From contig CAZJWT010000001.1 of the NCBI GenBank assembly GCA_964550005.1, forward strand, positions 1 through 34,375: DNA of 34,375 nt. The letters run 5' to 3'. Below the pieces are notes generated by a model. It searched no databases. It was not told the origin of the DNA and saw only the letters and a program-made list of their open reading frames with translations. Made by a program: the position numbers and the translations under genes. The number at the start of each line of letters is the position of its first letter. The stretch's first letter is position 1. Positions 18,666 through 27,272 of the stretch are shown piece by piece. The stretch comes from an uncultured Clostridia bacterium (GTDB taxonomy: Bacteria > UBA6262 > WVXT01).

Positions 18666-19367
18666 CTACTCCTTAATTCTATAATTTAGTCTCCTTCTTT
18701 TCATCCAGACCACTGCCAAAAGGTCAATAAACGCTTTAAACACCCGATTCCAGACACCGTATTTTGTCTTCCCATAAAGTCGGGGATGGTGGTTGACCTC
18801 CACCTGTACAACTTTAGCCCCTTCCCATTTAAGAAGAGTGGGGAGGAAGCGATGCATTCCGTCAAAAAGCTTCAATCTCACTAAGAACTTACTCTTATAG
18901 ACTCTCAGTGTGCAGCCCACATCAGTGATATTTTCTCCAGTTAATTTATTCCGGATATAATTGGCAGTTCTGGAAGATACAATTCTTAACCAAGGGTCAT
19001 GCCTACCACTTCGCACCCCACAGACCACATCATAATCTCCTACCTTTTTAAGAAGCTTAGGAATATCCCGGGGATCGTTTTGCATATCGGCATCCATACT
19101 AATTACAATATCACCTCTGGCTAAGGAGAATCCTGCATCCAGAGCAGCTGTTAGACCGCAATTTCTTTCAAATTCGACTATCCTTAACTGTGCATATTTT
19201 CTCTTTAGAGCCCTGAGAACTTCGTCACTCCCATCCCTGCTTCCATCATTCACGCAGATTATCTCGTATTCTTTCCCCAGCAAATCCATCACCCCAGTTA
19301 GGGACTTTAATAGAATCTCGAGATTATCTTTCTCGTCATAAACGGGAACTACAACTGAGTAGTCCAT
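18666..19367 (-). CDS. GT2 polyprenyl-phosphate glycosyltransferase (ArnC/GtrB/DPM1-like)
   Basis: 233 aa with VVVPVYDE, NDGSRDGS and MDADMQNDP (DxD). It is soluble-type and lacks the C-terminal TM helices. Confidence 0.8.
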   Translation of the reverse strand: MDYSVVVPVYDEKDNLEILLKSLTGVMDLLGKEYEIICVNDGSRDGSDEVLRALKRKYAQLRIVEFERNCGLTAALDAGFSLARGDIVISMDADMQNDPRDIPKLLKKVGDYDVVCGVRSGRHDPWLRIVSSRTANYIRNKLTGENITDVGCTLRVYKSKFLVRLKLFDGMHRFLPTLLKWEGAKVVQVEVNHHPRLYGKTKYGVWNRVFKAFIDLLAVVWMKRRRLNYRIKE

Positions 19368-19383
19368 TTTAGACCACCAAAAA

Positions 19384-19497
19384 TTGTAGGGGACGGACTC
19401 TGTGCCGTCCCTAGCGGGTGGCCACCCCGATATATCGGGATAAACTGCGTGCCACCCCTACAGGGCCACCATCCCGATACATCGGGATCGCCCCTAC
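19384..19497. repeat. Array of three REP units filling the GT2-argB gap
   Basis: The 29-mer ttgtaggggacggactctgtgccgtccct (19384-19412) is identical to 16524-52. A 46-nt two-stem unit spans 19416-61. A shortened variant at 19462-97 has a ctac that contains the argB stop. Confidence 0.9.
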
Positions 19498-20285
19498 TTT
19501 ATGATTTTGGTTCCTCCCAATTTCATCCGCTTTTCAAGAAGAGGCAACAGAGCATCTTTTTTTCGACCATCAAGGATATTTATTTCCTTTACACCTTTCC
19601 TAAGCGCCTCAGCACAGGAATCTATCTTGGGAATCATTCCTTCAGTAATGGTTCCCTTCCTTGCCAGCTTCTCAACCTCTTCTATTCTTATCTCTTTAAT
19701 TACAGACTTCTCATCTTTAGGATTTTCCAGAATGCCTGGCACATCGGTTAGGAAGAATAACCTTTCTGCTCCGATAGCAGCTGAAAACTGGGCTGCAAAG
19801 ATATCGGCATTGATGTTATAAGTCACCCCTCTTCTATCCATAGCCGTAGAAGAGATAACCGGGATGAACCCGTTATCCAAAAGGACGTACATAATTTCAG
19901 GATTTACTCTCTCCACTTCAGCCACATATCCGAGGTCGTGTCTTCCTTCTATCTTCTTCGCTTCCACTAAAAAACCATCCTTCCCTGAAATGCCCACAGC
20001 CCTCCCTCCCAAAAGATTAATCCTTCCCACTATCCTTCGGTTAATCCCTGCCAGAACCATCTCCACAATTTCCAGGCTTTCAGCATCTGTGTACCTTTGC
20101 CCTTTTACAAATCTCGGCTTCTTTCCCAAAATATTCAGTTTTTCAGTAATTTCCAGCCCGCCTCCATGAATGACGACTGGATGTTTTAGTCGTTTTGCCA
20201 GCGAGATAATATTCTTGAGGTGACTATCCATCACCGGTCCTCTCAAAAGTTTCCCGCCAATCTTTATTACTAACAACTCTTTCAC
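19494..20285 (-). CDS. argB: Acetylglutamate kinase
   Basis: 263 aa with VIKIGGK, VIHGGG and NINAD motifs. The GTG start at 20285 overlaps the comEC TGA by 4 nt (GTGA). Confidence 0.9.
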   Translation of the reverse strand: MKELLVIKIGGKLLRGPVMDSHLKNIISLAKRLKHPVVIHGGGLEITEKLNILGKKPRFVKGQRYTDAESLEIVEMVLAGINRRIVGRINLLGGRAVGISGKDGFLVEAKKIEGRHDLGYVAEVERVNPEIMYVLLDNGFIPVISSTAMDRRGVTYNINADIFAAQFSAAIGAERLFFLTDVPGILENPKDEKSVIKEIRIEEVEKLARKGTITEGMIPKIDSCAEALRKGVKEINILDGRKKDALLPLLEKRMKLGGTKIIK

Positions 20286-22630
20286 TGCTTCCCCCCTCTC
20301 ATTGGTTCAATCTGGAATGACTTCCCATCAGTTCTTATGACGATAGCACCATTATTAGAAGTAGAGAAAAATCCTATTTTATTATACTTCTCTTCCAATT
20401 TTCTAACCCGGAATTTAGTTGATATTATACCATATTTCGGCGCCACTTTATATAGAAATTTTGGAGCTACCCGGCCTCCACCATGATTGGGTATCTGCAG
20501 AATATCACTTTTAATATCTTCTCTCTCTAACTCATCCTGTACATCATAATCGATATCTCCTGTGAATAGAATTGCAAAATTTCCATAGCTCACCTTGGTA
20601 ACCAGAGAATTACTATCAATATTTTCTCTCATAATCGTGGGATTTAAGATGTGAAATCTTACAGCATTATATTCAACCTTTTCACCATAAGCTATATATT
20701 TCAAGGGAATCCTTTTCTCTCTGATAATCTGAAGGAACTCCTCAAAAGCGTCGTCATCATAATTTTGACCATTATAGTATACCCTTTTCACCTTAAATTT
20801 TTTTAGAACTGAAATCAAACCTCCTATATGGTTATAGTGGGGGTGAGTCAAAAAGATAGTATCTATCCTGGAGACGCCATTTTTCAATAAATAAGGAATT
20901 ACCACTTTCTCCCCTATATCAAATTTTCCTATTACCCCGCCCCCGTCTATCAATATGTCCTTCCTGTCAGGCAGTCTGAGGTGAATCGCATCTCCCTGTC
21001 CCACATCCAGAAAAGTAATGGTTAGTTTGTCCGAAGGGACTATTTTCAAGCCGGCTACCGAAAATATAATGAGAAGTGGGAAAAAGAGAATGAGTCTACG
21101 TACTGAACGGGAAGATTCCATTTTCGGTAGAAAAGAGAAGAAAAGATAGTAAGATAAGATAAATATGCAGGAAGGATTCACGACATATTTTACTGAGAAG
21201 GGTAACGAAGCAAAAAATCGAATAGATTGGAATAGAACTATTACAAATAACCTGTTAACTGTGTTAACCGCCTGGGCGAGCCCTAAGGAGAAAAGGCCCG
21301 CTATCGATGAGGCAAATCCCAGGGCTGTGATTACACCAACCTGAGGAACAACCACAATGTTGGAGAGTAGAGCAATTAATGAAATCTTATTGAAGTAGAA
21401 GGCAGTTATGGGATAGACACCAACCAATGCTCCAGCAGAGACTGCCAGTGAACCTAAAATGTAAGTAACGAGCTTATGAGGTTTGCTCAAACGAAAATGA
21501 CTCTGGAAATAGGGAGTGAGATAGAGAATCCCTAAAGTCGCCATAAATGAAAGCTGAAAACCCACATCAAAGAGGGTAAAGGGATTCCAGATTAAAATAA
21601 TCAGGGCAGCTAGGGTCAAGCTATTATAAAGATGTTTATCCCTATCGAGGAGGAATGCCACTAACCCGCAGATAGCCATAATTGATGCCCTTGCCGCGGA
21701 AGGAGGATTGCCGACTACCTGAGCAAATATTATGACTACCAGTATCGTTAAAAGATAGGTTACCCTCTTGGGAATCCCGATTCCCCGAAAGAACCCATAA
21801 AATATGAACAGAACCAAGCCTACATTTAGCCCGCTTACTGCAAGTATATGAAGCACTCCGGCATCAGCAAACATCTCTTGAATATCCCTGGGCAGGTCGC
21901 ACCTCTCTCCCAATATCAGTCCTGCGAGAATCGAAGATTCCAATTGGGGGAGGGTGCTCTTAATAACAAAATCTATTTTTCGTCTAATTTTTGAGATGAG
22001 CGAAGGAAAGAAGCCCATTTCTGCCTGGCCGAACCTTTCAATATCTCCACTATCATAGACAGAAAAGAGCGAATGGATATTTCGATAGCTCAAATACCTC
22101 CTATAGTCGAATAGCCCGGGATTAGCTGAAGCAGGGGGAAGGGAGAGTCTGCCTGAGAGACTCACGCGGTCTCCATAATTTATCTCGGCTGGCACGGAAG
22201 TGTAGAGAAAGACTTGCGTTTTTCCTCTTACTTCTATTTCTCTCTTATCAGTGGTTAATCTCTGGCAGGCTAAGACAAAATCGACCCTTTGCGAGGACTT
22301 ATTAGGAATTGAAACTACAACGCCTCTGAGCCGACTTCTCTCCTGAGTTGGAAAAGAGATGTAGTGGCTTATCTCGTTAGGAGGGATATGGTGAGCTCCC
22401 AGATGCCGGGCAATTCCCAAAGAGAGGAACGCCAAAAAGAAAAAGATTAAACCGATGTTTCCTGGACTTCGCTGAAGAATGAAATAGAAAACTGAAGCCA
22501 GAATAAAAAGACTTAAGAAGATTATTAGAAACCAGAAATATTTAGCTTCTATGAAGAAATTGCCGAGAAGAATTCCCAAAATATATCCGATTACAGTTAA
22601 GAGGAGTGGCGTGAAACTAAATTTCCTCAT
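20282..22630 (-). CDS. comEC: DNA internalization-related competence protein ComEC/Rec2 (N-terminal DUF4131-like region, polytopic competence domain, C-terminal metallo-beta-lactamase domain)
   Basis: 782 aa. The N-terminal TM helices are followed by an OB-like segment and about 8 further TM helices. The C-terminal domain has ITFLDVGQGDAIHL, LTHPHYNHIGG, FTGDID and IPNHGGG. Confidence 0.88.
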   Translation of the reverse strand: MRKFSFTPLLLTVIGYILGILLGNFFIEAKYFWFLIIFLSLFILASVFYFILQRSPGNIGLIFFFLAFLSLGIARHLGAHHIPPNEISHYISFPTQERSRLRGVVVSIPNKSSQRVDFVLACQRLTTDKREIEVRGKTQVFLYTSVPAEINYGDRVSLSGRLSLPPASANPGLFDYRRYLSYRNIHSLFSVYDSGDIERFGQAEMGFFPSLISKIRRKIDFVIKSTLPQLESSILAGLILGERCDLPRDIQEMFADAGVLHILAVSGLNVGLVLFIFYGFFRGIGIPKRVTYLLTILVVIIFAQVVGNPPSAARASIMAICGLVAFLLDRDKHLYNSLTLAALIILIWNPFTLFDVGFQLSFMATLGILYLTPYFQSHFRLSKPHKLVTYILGSLAVSAGALVGVYPITAFYFNKISLIALLSNIVVVPQVGVITALGFASSIAGLFSLGLAQAVNTVNRLFVIVLFQSIRFFASLPFSVKYVVNPSCIFILSYYLFFSFLPKMESSRSVRRLILFFPLLIIFSVAGLKIVPSDKLTITFLDVGQGDAIHLRLPDRKDILIDGGGVIGKFDIGEKVVIPYLLKNGVSRIDTIFLTHPHYNHIGGLISVLKKFKVKRVYYNGQNYDDDAFEEFLQIIREKRIPLKYIAYGEKVEYNAVRFHILNPTIMRENIDSNSLVTKVSYGNFAILFTGDIDYDVQDELEREDIKSDILQIPNHGGGRVAPKFLYKVAPKYGIISTKFRVRKLEEKYNKIGFFSTSNNGAIVIRTDGKSFQIEPMRGGKQ

Positions 22631-22686
22631 TCAATGGTCCTTGTGCCAGACCGATTCGTTTGATGCGAAGTTCTCAGATAGGAAAA

Positions 22687-22782
22687 CCCCGTTAGAAGGT
22701 TCGGATGGGCTGTAAACCCCAGCTTAACCACTCATTCATAAAATCCTCATTCCCGGCCCGACCGACAAACCTTCTAACGGGG
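22687..22782. repeat. 96-nt element with 15-bp perfect inverted termini
   Basis: ccccgttagaaggtt (22687-22701) pairs with aaccttctaacgggg (22768-82), separated by 66 nt. It lies between the FAH stop and the comEC start. Confidence 0.8.
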
Positions 22783-22828
22783 AAAATGTGGTGAGATTTC
22801 TTATTCAGCAGGATTCCTTCTATCTATC

Positions 22829-23782
22829 TTATTTCTCTAACATAACAGGGTTTCTTAAATTAACTATTCCTTCTGCAATAGACTCAATCACATCGCCCGG
22901 TTGGAGCCCTTCTTCAGGACCTGCTGGAGGGCTGGCTGTGGTAAACACGTCTCCAGGCTCTAAAGTCATAATATCGCTCAAGAATTCGAGGATTTCTGGT
23001 ATCTTGAAAATCAAATTCTTCGTGCTCGACTCGCACTCAACTTTGTCATTTCTCTTCCTAATCATTTTTACATTGTGTGGGTCAGGAACTTCGTCCTTTG
23101 TCACTATCCAGGGACCTATAGGACAGAAAGTGTCAAATGCCTTGCACCTTTGCTGATACATTACATGGCCTGGCTGAATCATTTCTATATCGTGAGCCGT
23201 CACATCTACAAGCATTGTATACCCAAAAATATAATCGTACGCTTTCTCTTTAGGAATATGCTTACCTTTCTTCCCAATCACTACAGTGAATTCCCACTCC
23301 TGGAAAAGACATTTGGAAGTTGTCCCTGGCCATTTCCCCCCTTTCGGTATCATGATAGGCTCATTTGGACCTATCACTGTTGATTGGGCTCTGATAAAAA
23401 AGACCGGAACCTGGGGCTTGGGATAACCTAACTGCTGACGATAGTCTTCATAATTTATGCCAATACAGACTATCTTGGGAGGTCTGGGAATGGGGGCTTT
23501 CAGTTTCACTTTTTCCAGAGGAAAGACAGCGCCCGGCACAGCGAATTTTTGCTTTTTCACATAAGTAATCATTTCTTCAGCCGCCTTGAGTGCGGGCTCA
23601 CCAGCTGCAATAAATTCGACCATGGAGATAGGAATAGTCTGGCAGGCAGTCTCTTCAGGATTCTTGACTTTCTTAACCTTAGATAAATAGCTAACACACA
23701 CTCCACGCAGGTCTATCACCCTGTTCTCCACAACCACTCCCACTCTTAACTTTCCCTTCTCTTCAAAAGTTACAAATTTCAT
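22829..23782 (-). CDS. Fumarylacetoacetate hydrolase (FAH) family protein
   Basis: 317 aa. The C-terminal catalytic region has EWEFTVVIGKKGK, GYTMLVDVTAHD and PGDVFTTASP patterns typical of FAH/HpcE-like hydrolases and decarboxylases. Confidence 0.8.
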   Translation of the reverse strand: MKFVTFEEKGKLRVGVVVENRVIDLRGVCVSYLSKVKKVKNPEETACQTIPISMVEFIAAGEPALKAAEEMITYVKKQKFAVPGAVFPLEKVKLKAPIPRPPKIVCIGINYEDYRQQLGYPKPQVPVFFIRAQSTVIGPNEPIMIPKGGKWPGTTSKCLFQEWEFTVVIGKKGKHIPKEKAYDYIFGYTMLVDVTAHDIEMIQPGHVMYQQRCKAFDTFCPIGPWIVTKDEVPDPHNVKMIRKRNDKVECESSTKNLIFKIPEILEFLSDIMTLEPGDVFTTASPPAGPEEGLQPGDVIESIAEGIVNLRNPVMLEK

Positions 23783-23851
23783 AATAACCTCCTTTCAAAA
23801 CGGGTTCAATTAATCTTAAATCTATCACACCGCCCTATGAAAAGTCAAGTA

Positions 23852-23950
23852 CTCTTTTGAACTCCTCCCCACTCCTCTCCCCAAAGGGGAGAGGGACAGG
23901 GTGAGGGGTTTAATCCTCTCCCCCATGCGCAAAGGTTTCTCTTTTTGAAC
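23852..23950 (-). repeat. 'ggggagagg' palindromic element (inverted copy) flanked by an 11/12-nt direct repeat
   Basis: cctctccccaaaggggagagggacagggtgagggg (23875-23908) is the inverted form of 14603-38 and 27273-27306. The flanks are ctcttttgaac (23852-62) and ctctttttgaac (23939-50). Confidence 0.75.
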
Positions 23951-24028
23951 CTTCTGAATATTTCTTTCACCAAAGGAAGACCTGTGCCGTGATCTCATGC
24001 CATTCTGTCTTTTAGAACCCATAGCCTT

Positions 24029-25222
24029 CTAATATTGAACTCTTACGGCTACAACTATTCTGGTCAGTGTCTCATCTATTCTCTGACGCTCCTCAAAGAA
24101 GGTGGCATCACCATAATAATTCCTTTTGCCGAACTCCCCGGCAAAATCGAAAGATACTATATTGTTAAATTTATATCCCAGCCCTCCCGTAAAGGAGACC
24201 ATCTGAAATTCTTTACTACCATAAAAGGGTTGAAAATGGAAACCATATCTTAAAGAAAGAGCATCTGACAGATAGTGCTCTGCACCAATACGAAATTCAA
24301 AGGTATCACCGTAATTAGATCCTGATTCAAATCCCGACCATTCACTAAAGATGAACTCAGCCGCTATGGTAGAAGAGATTTCGTCAACGAAATTATAAGC
24401 CACACCAAAGCCATACGATAGGGGAAATTTTAGCTCTTTCCTGCCTTCTTTTGTCGACGTAGAGTAGTTCACTTTCCATCTATCCTCGACTTTTCCTCTT
24501 GTCTTAACAATAAATCCAGCTCTAAACTCATCGGAGAAGCAGAGCATCCCTCCCAGCGTGAAATTAAGACCAGAACTCTTTGATTTGAGCTCGGTAACGG
24601 AGGCGGGAGGAGAAGCATAAATAGTGCATCTATTTTTGAGACTTCTTTCTCCATACAGAAGGTTAACAGTCCCACCCATACATAAATATGGCGTGAGCTT
24701 CCATGCTCCTCCTAAGCTATAGCCATAGAGGCTTCCTTCTCCACTTATGCTGGCAGAGCCAATTTTCTCACCCGGCGAATCTGCGTCAAAGATGGATTTC
24801 TCATGCTCGTAATGGTTGTCGTATAAGGAGACAAGTCCTAAAGCCAGCACCCATTTTCTTCTGACCGGAAAAGCAAGAGTAGCACTATTGAGTTGAAAAT
24901 AGCACTGAGAATTAAAATACGTCAATTCATCTTCTGTAATCACCTTTTCTACAACCGGCGCTATTCCCAAAGCTAATGAAAGTTCGTTCTTTTTCAAAAC
25001 CCCGAGACATGAGGGATTTACAAATATAGAAGAAGAATCGGTTGCACTGGCAATTGATGTTCCTCCCATTCCCATGCAGCGAGCCCCAATTCCAGAAATG
25101 GGATCTCCTAAGCGAGAAACTCCCAGATAAGTAAGCGCATCAACTTTTGAAGCCAGAAAACAGAGAATAGTAACTACTACAAAAACAATTCTTTCTTTGT
25201 TCACCTTTCCTTTGTAACCCAC
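24029..25222 (-). CDS. Outer-membrane beta-barrel protein, FadL/PorV-like family
   Basis: 397 aa with a signal peptide (...LASKVDA/LT). The N-terminal plug-type motif GIGARCMGMGGTSIASATDSSSIFVNPSCLG resembles the FadL/TodX/PorV G-x-GAR-x-GMGGA...NPAGL signature. It shows an alternating beta-strand pattern and a C-terminal aromatic (…VRVQY). The start codon is uncertain (GTG 25222 or GTG 25204). Confidence 0.65.
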   Translation of the reverse strand: MGYKGKVNKERIVFVVVTILCFLASKVDALTYLGVSRLGDPISGIGARCMGMGGTSIASATDSSSIFVNPSCLGVLKKNELSLALGIAPVVEKVITEDELTYFNSQCYFQLNSATLAFPVRRKWVLALGLVSLYDNHYEHEKSIFDADSPGEKIGSASISGEGSLYGYSLGGAWKLTPYLCMGGTVNLLYGERSLKNRCTIYASPPASVTELKSKSSGLNFTLGGMLCFSDEFRAGFIVKTRGKVEDRWKVNYSTSTKEGRKELKFPLSYGFGVAYNFVDEISSTIAAEFIFSEWSGFESGSNYGDTFEFRIGAEHYLSDALSLRYGFHFQPFYGSKEFQMVSFTGGLGYKFNNIVSFDFAGEFGKRNYYGDATFFEERQRIDETLTRIVVAVRVQY

Positions 25223-25246
25223 CCAGTTTCAAACTTTCTAACTATC

Positions 25247-27250
25247 TCACCACTTCACATCCCATTGTAAACTGAACACATGTCTTCTGCTTCCGATTAT
25301 TTTATCTAACTCTTCTTTATTTTCCGGCCTGCTTATCCCATAATCATTGTAATAGTGTGTATTTTCATATTTCATCCAGAGGCTGGTGTTTTTAGTAATC
25401 CCTTGCGTTACCATTAAGTAGTATCTTACACCTTTGCCATAGGTCCACCAATGGAAAGGAGTCAAACCCATAGGCCATAAAAATTCAATTTCGCTCAAAG
25501 CAACTCCTGGGTCAGCCTCGAAAAAGATCAGCCTCCCTTCAAGATTCAACCTAACAGTTGGACTGTACCTGAGGTCACCAAAAATTAAGTATCCTCTATC
25601 CACTTGCTTGAGCTCATAAATACTGTTCTTTCTCTCATCCCACCTTACCTTAAACCTCACCCTGCCATCCGGATTCCAAGTAACCTGCACTCTCGTCTTC
25701 TTCCAGCTCTGGCATAAATCTCTATTTTCTACCTTTTTATCATACCAGTGGTCCCATTTCCTAAAATATATTTCCAGCTTCCTTGATACTCTCTGTCTAA
25801 CATCAAACCAGAATTCCTTATCTGTGGTTGGCATTAAATTATCCTCTCTCCAAGGATGGCGAACAGGTCTAAAATAGATTTGCACTTCCCTCTCTCTATC
25901 CTCATACTTACCACCAAGGAATATTCCATTCTCATTCCAGCCTTCATCCCTCCGTCCAACTATAGTGGTAGCACTACTATGTTCGTTATAGTAATCTGGG
26001 TCATATTTATAAATAGTCATCCATAAAGTAAAGCTGCTTAATTTGAGCATAGGCTGCATCATCCACGCCTCACCATAACCTACGCACTTAGCATATTCGG
26101 CGAAGAGATTCAATTTTCTATACCAAGTATCAAAATCGAACCCGAAAATCCTGTTTCTATTTCCTCGAAATAGATAGTATCCTTTCTCTTCCGGCGGATT
26201 AATCCCAGGGCTATATTTGCTCTCATAACCGATAAAACCAATCTGTGAATCTCTTAAAAAATTATAAGCCACTCTACCGCCAATCAGTTTCTCAGTCAAC
26301 TTGTTATTTCTCTCCAGTTCTTTATCACTAGTAACATAACCCATATTCGCTCTAATAGCAATTAAGCTCTCCTTCACAGTACCATCCGGATTCAAGGATG
26401 CATCGAGCTTCTTATTCGAATAGAAGAAATCAAAGTCGAACTGTTCTATTTTCTTTCTTATCGCCAATCCTCTGAAATAAGTATTTGGTGTTGTCCCTCC
26501 ATCTGCTGCAATACCTTTAGCTTCAATCTTTACTGATCTGGTTAATTCTATTGCCAGAGGATAATAGAAGATTAATCCCTGATTATATTGAAGCTTGTAA
26601 TCGCCAATGACTATCTTATCAGTGGAATGAACATCTTGCATTACAAACCAGTATTTGGTCAAATAGTATTTCCAGAGATTATGAAAATTAATTGTAGGTT
26701 CCGAACCGCTGTCTGACTGAGCGCCCCCGTGACGAAGGACCCAACCGGCTTCATAGTGGCTTCCATATCTTAACCTCGTGCGATTATAGAGATATGCGGG
26801 ATTTTGAAATTTAGGGTCAGCATCAAAATAAGCTTCACTATCCGGCTTATCCAGCTTAATTCTCCACCGGAAATCACCGTGGAGGGCTACGGGAATTCCT
26901 TTTAGCTCAACCCTAACATAAGGAGCTATTCCCTCAAATATCTCATCATTCACTCCTGGCACATCCTTAACTTCCTCAACATCTGTAAATCCTCTCTGTT
27001 CACGATAGATAATAATCGCCCTTGCCAGGCGAGAATCAATTAGAGGAAGCTTCAACAATTGGTCAAAAGAGACAGTATTTAAGTCGAGTGGATAGTCTTT
27101 CAAATCAGCAAGCTCTTCCTTATCCACTGCCCCAGGGAATACTGTCTCGGCTTCATCCTCTTCAAATTCGACCTGACCCACCACTGCCGCAGGCAGATTA
27201 GCCAGCAAGAGTATGTACAAAGCGAGACGAATAGCGGTAATTCTTGTCAT
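25247..27250 (-). CDS. Exported helix-hairpin-helix (ComEA-like) DNA-binding domain fused to a large predicted outer-membrane beta-barrel
   Basis: 667 aa with a signal peptide (…LPAAVVG/QVEF). A ComEA-type HhH module (LDLNTVSFDQLLKLPLIDSRLARAIIIYREQRGFTDVEEVKDVPGVNDEIFEGIAPYV) is followed by about 540 aa rich in amphipathic beta-strands and aromatic girdle residues. It ends ...FSLQWDVKW, an OMP beta-signal-like terminus. Confidence 0.6.
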   Translation of the reverse strand: MTRITAIRLALYILLLANLPAAVVGQVEFEEDEAETVFPGAVDKEELADLKDYPLDLNTVSFDQLLKLPLIDSRLARAIIIYREQRGFTDVEEVKDVPGVNDEIFEGIAPYVRVELKGIPVALHGDFRWRIKLDKPDSEAYFDADPKFQNPAYLYNRTRLRYGSHYEAGWVLRHGGAQSDSGSEPTINFHNLWKYYLTKYWFVMQDVHSTDKIVIGDYKLQYNQGLIFYYPLAIELTRSVKIEAKGIAADGGTTPNTYFRGLAIRKKIEQFDFDFFYSNKKLDASLNPDGTVKESLIAIRANMGYVTSDKELERNNKLTEKLIGGRVAYNFLRDSQIGFIGYESKYSPGINPPEEKGYYLFRGNRNRIFGFDFDTWYRKLNLFAEYAKCVGYGEAWMMQPMLKLSSFTLWMTIYKYDPDYYNEHSSATTIVGRRDEGWNENGIFLGGKYEDREREVQIYFRPVRHPWREDNLMPTTDKEFWFDVRQRVSRKLEIYFRKWDHWYDKKVENRDLCQSWKKTRVQVTWNPDGRVRFKVRWDERKNSIYELKQVDRGYLIFGDLRYSPTVRLNLEGRLIFFEADPGVALSEIEFLWPMGLTPFHWWTYGKGVRYYLMVTQGITKNTSLWMKYENTHYYNDYGISRPENKEELDKIIGSRRHVFSLQWDVKW

Positions 27251-27272
27251 CGGTACTGATCAGGCACTCTCT

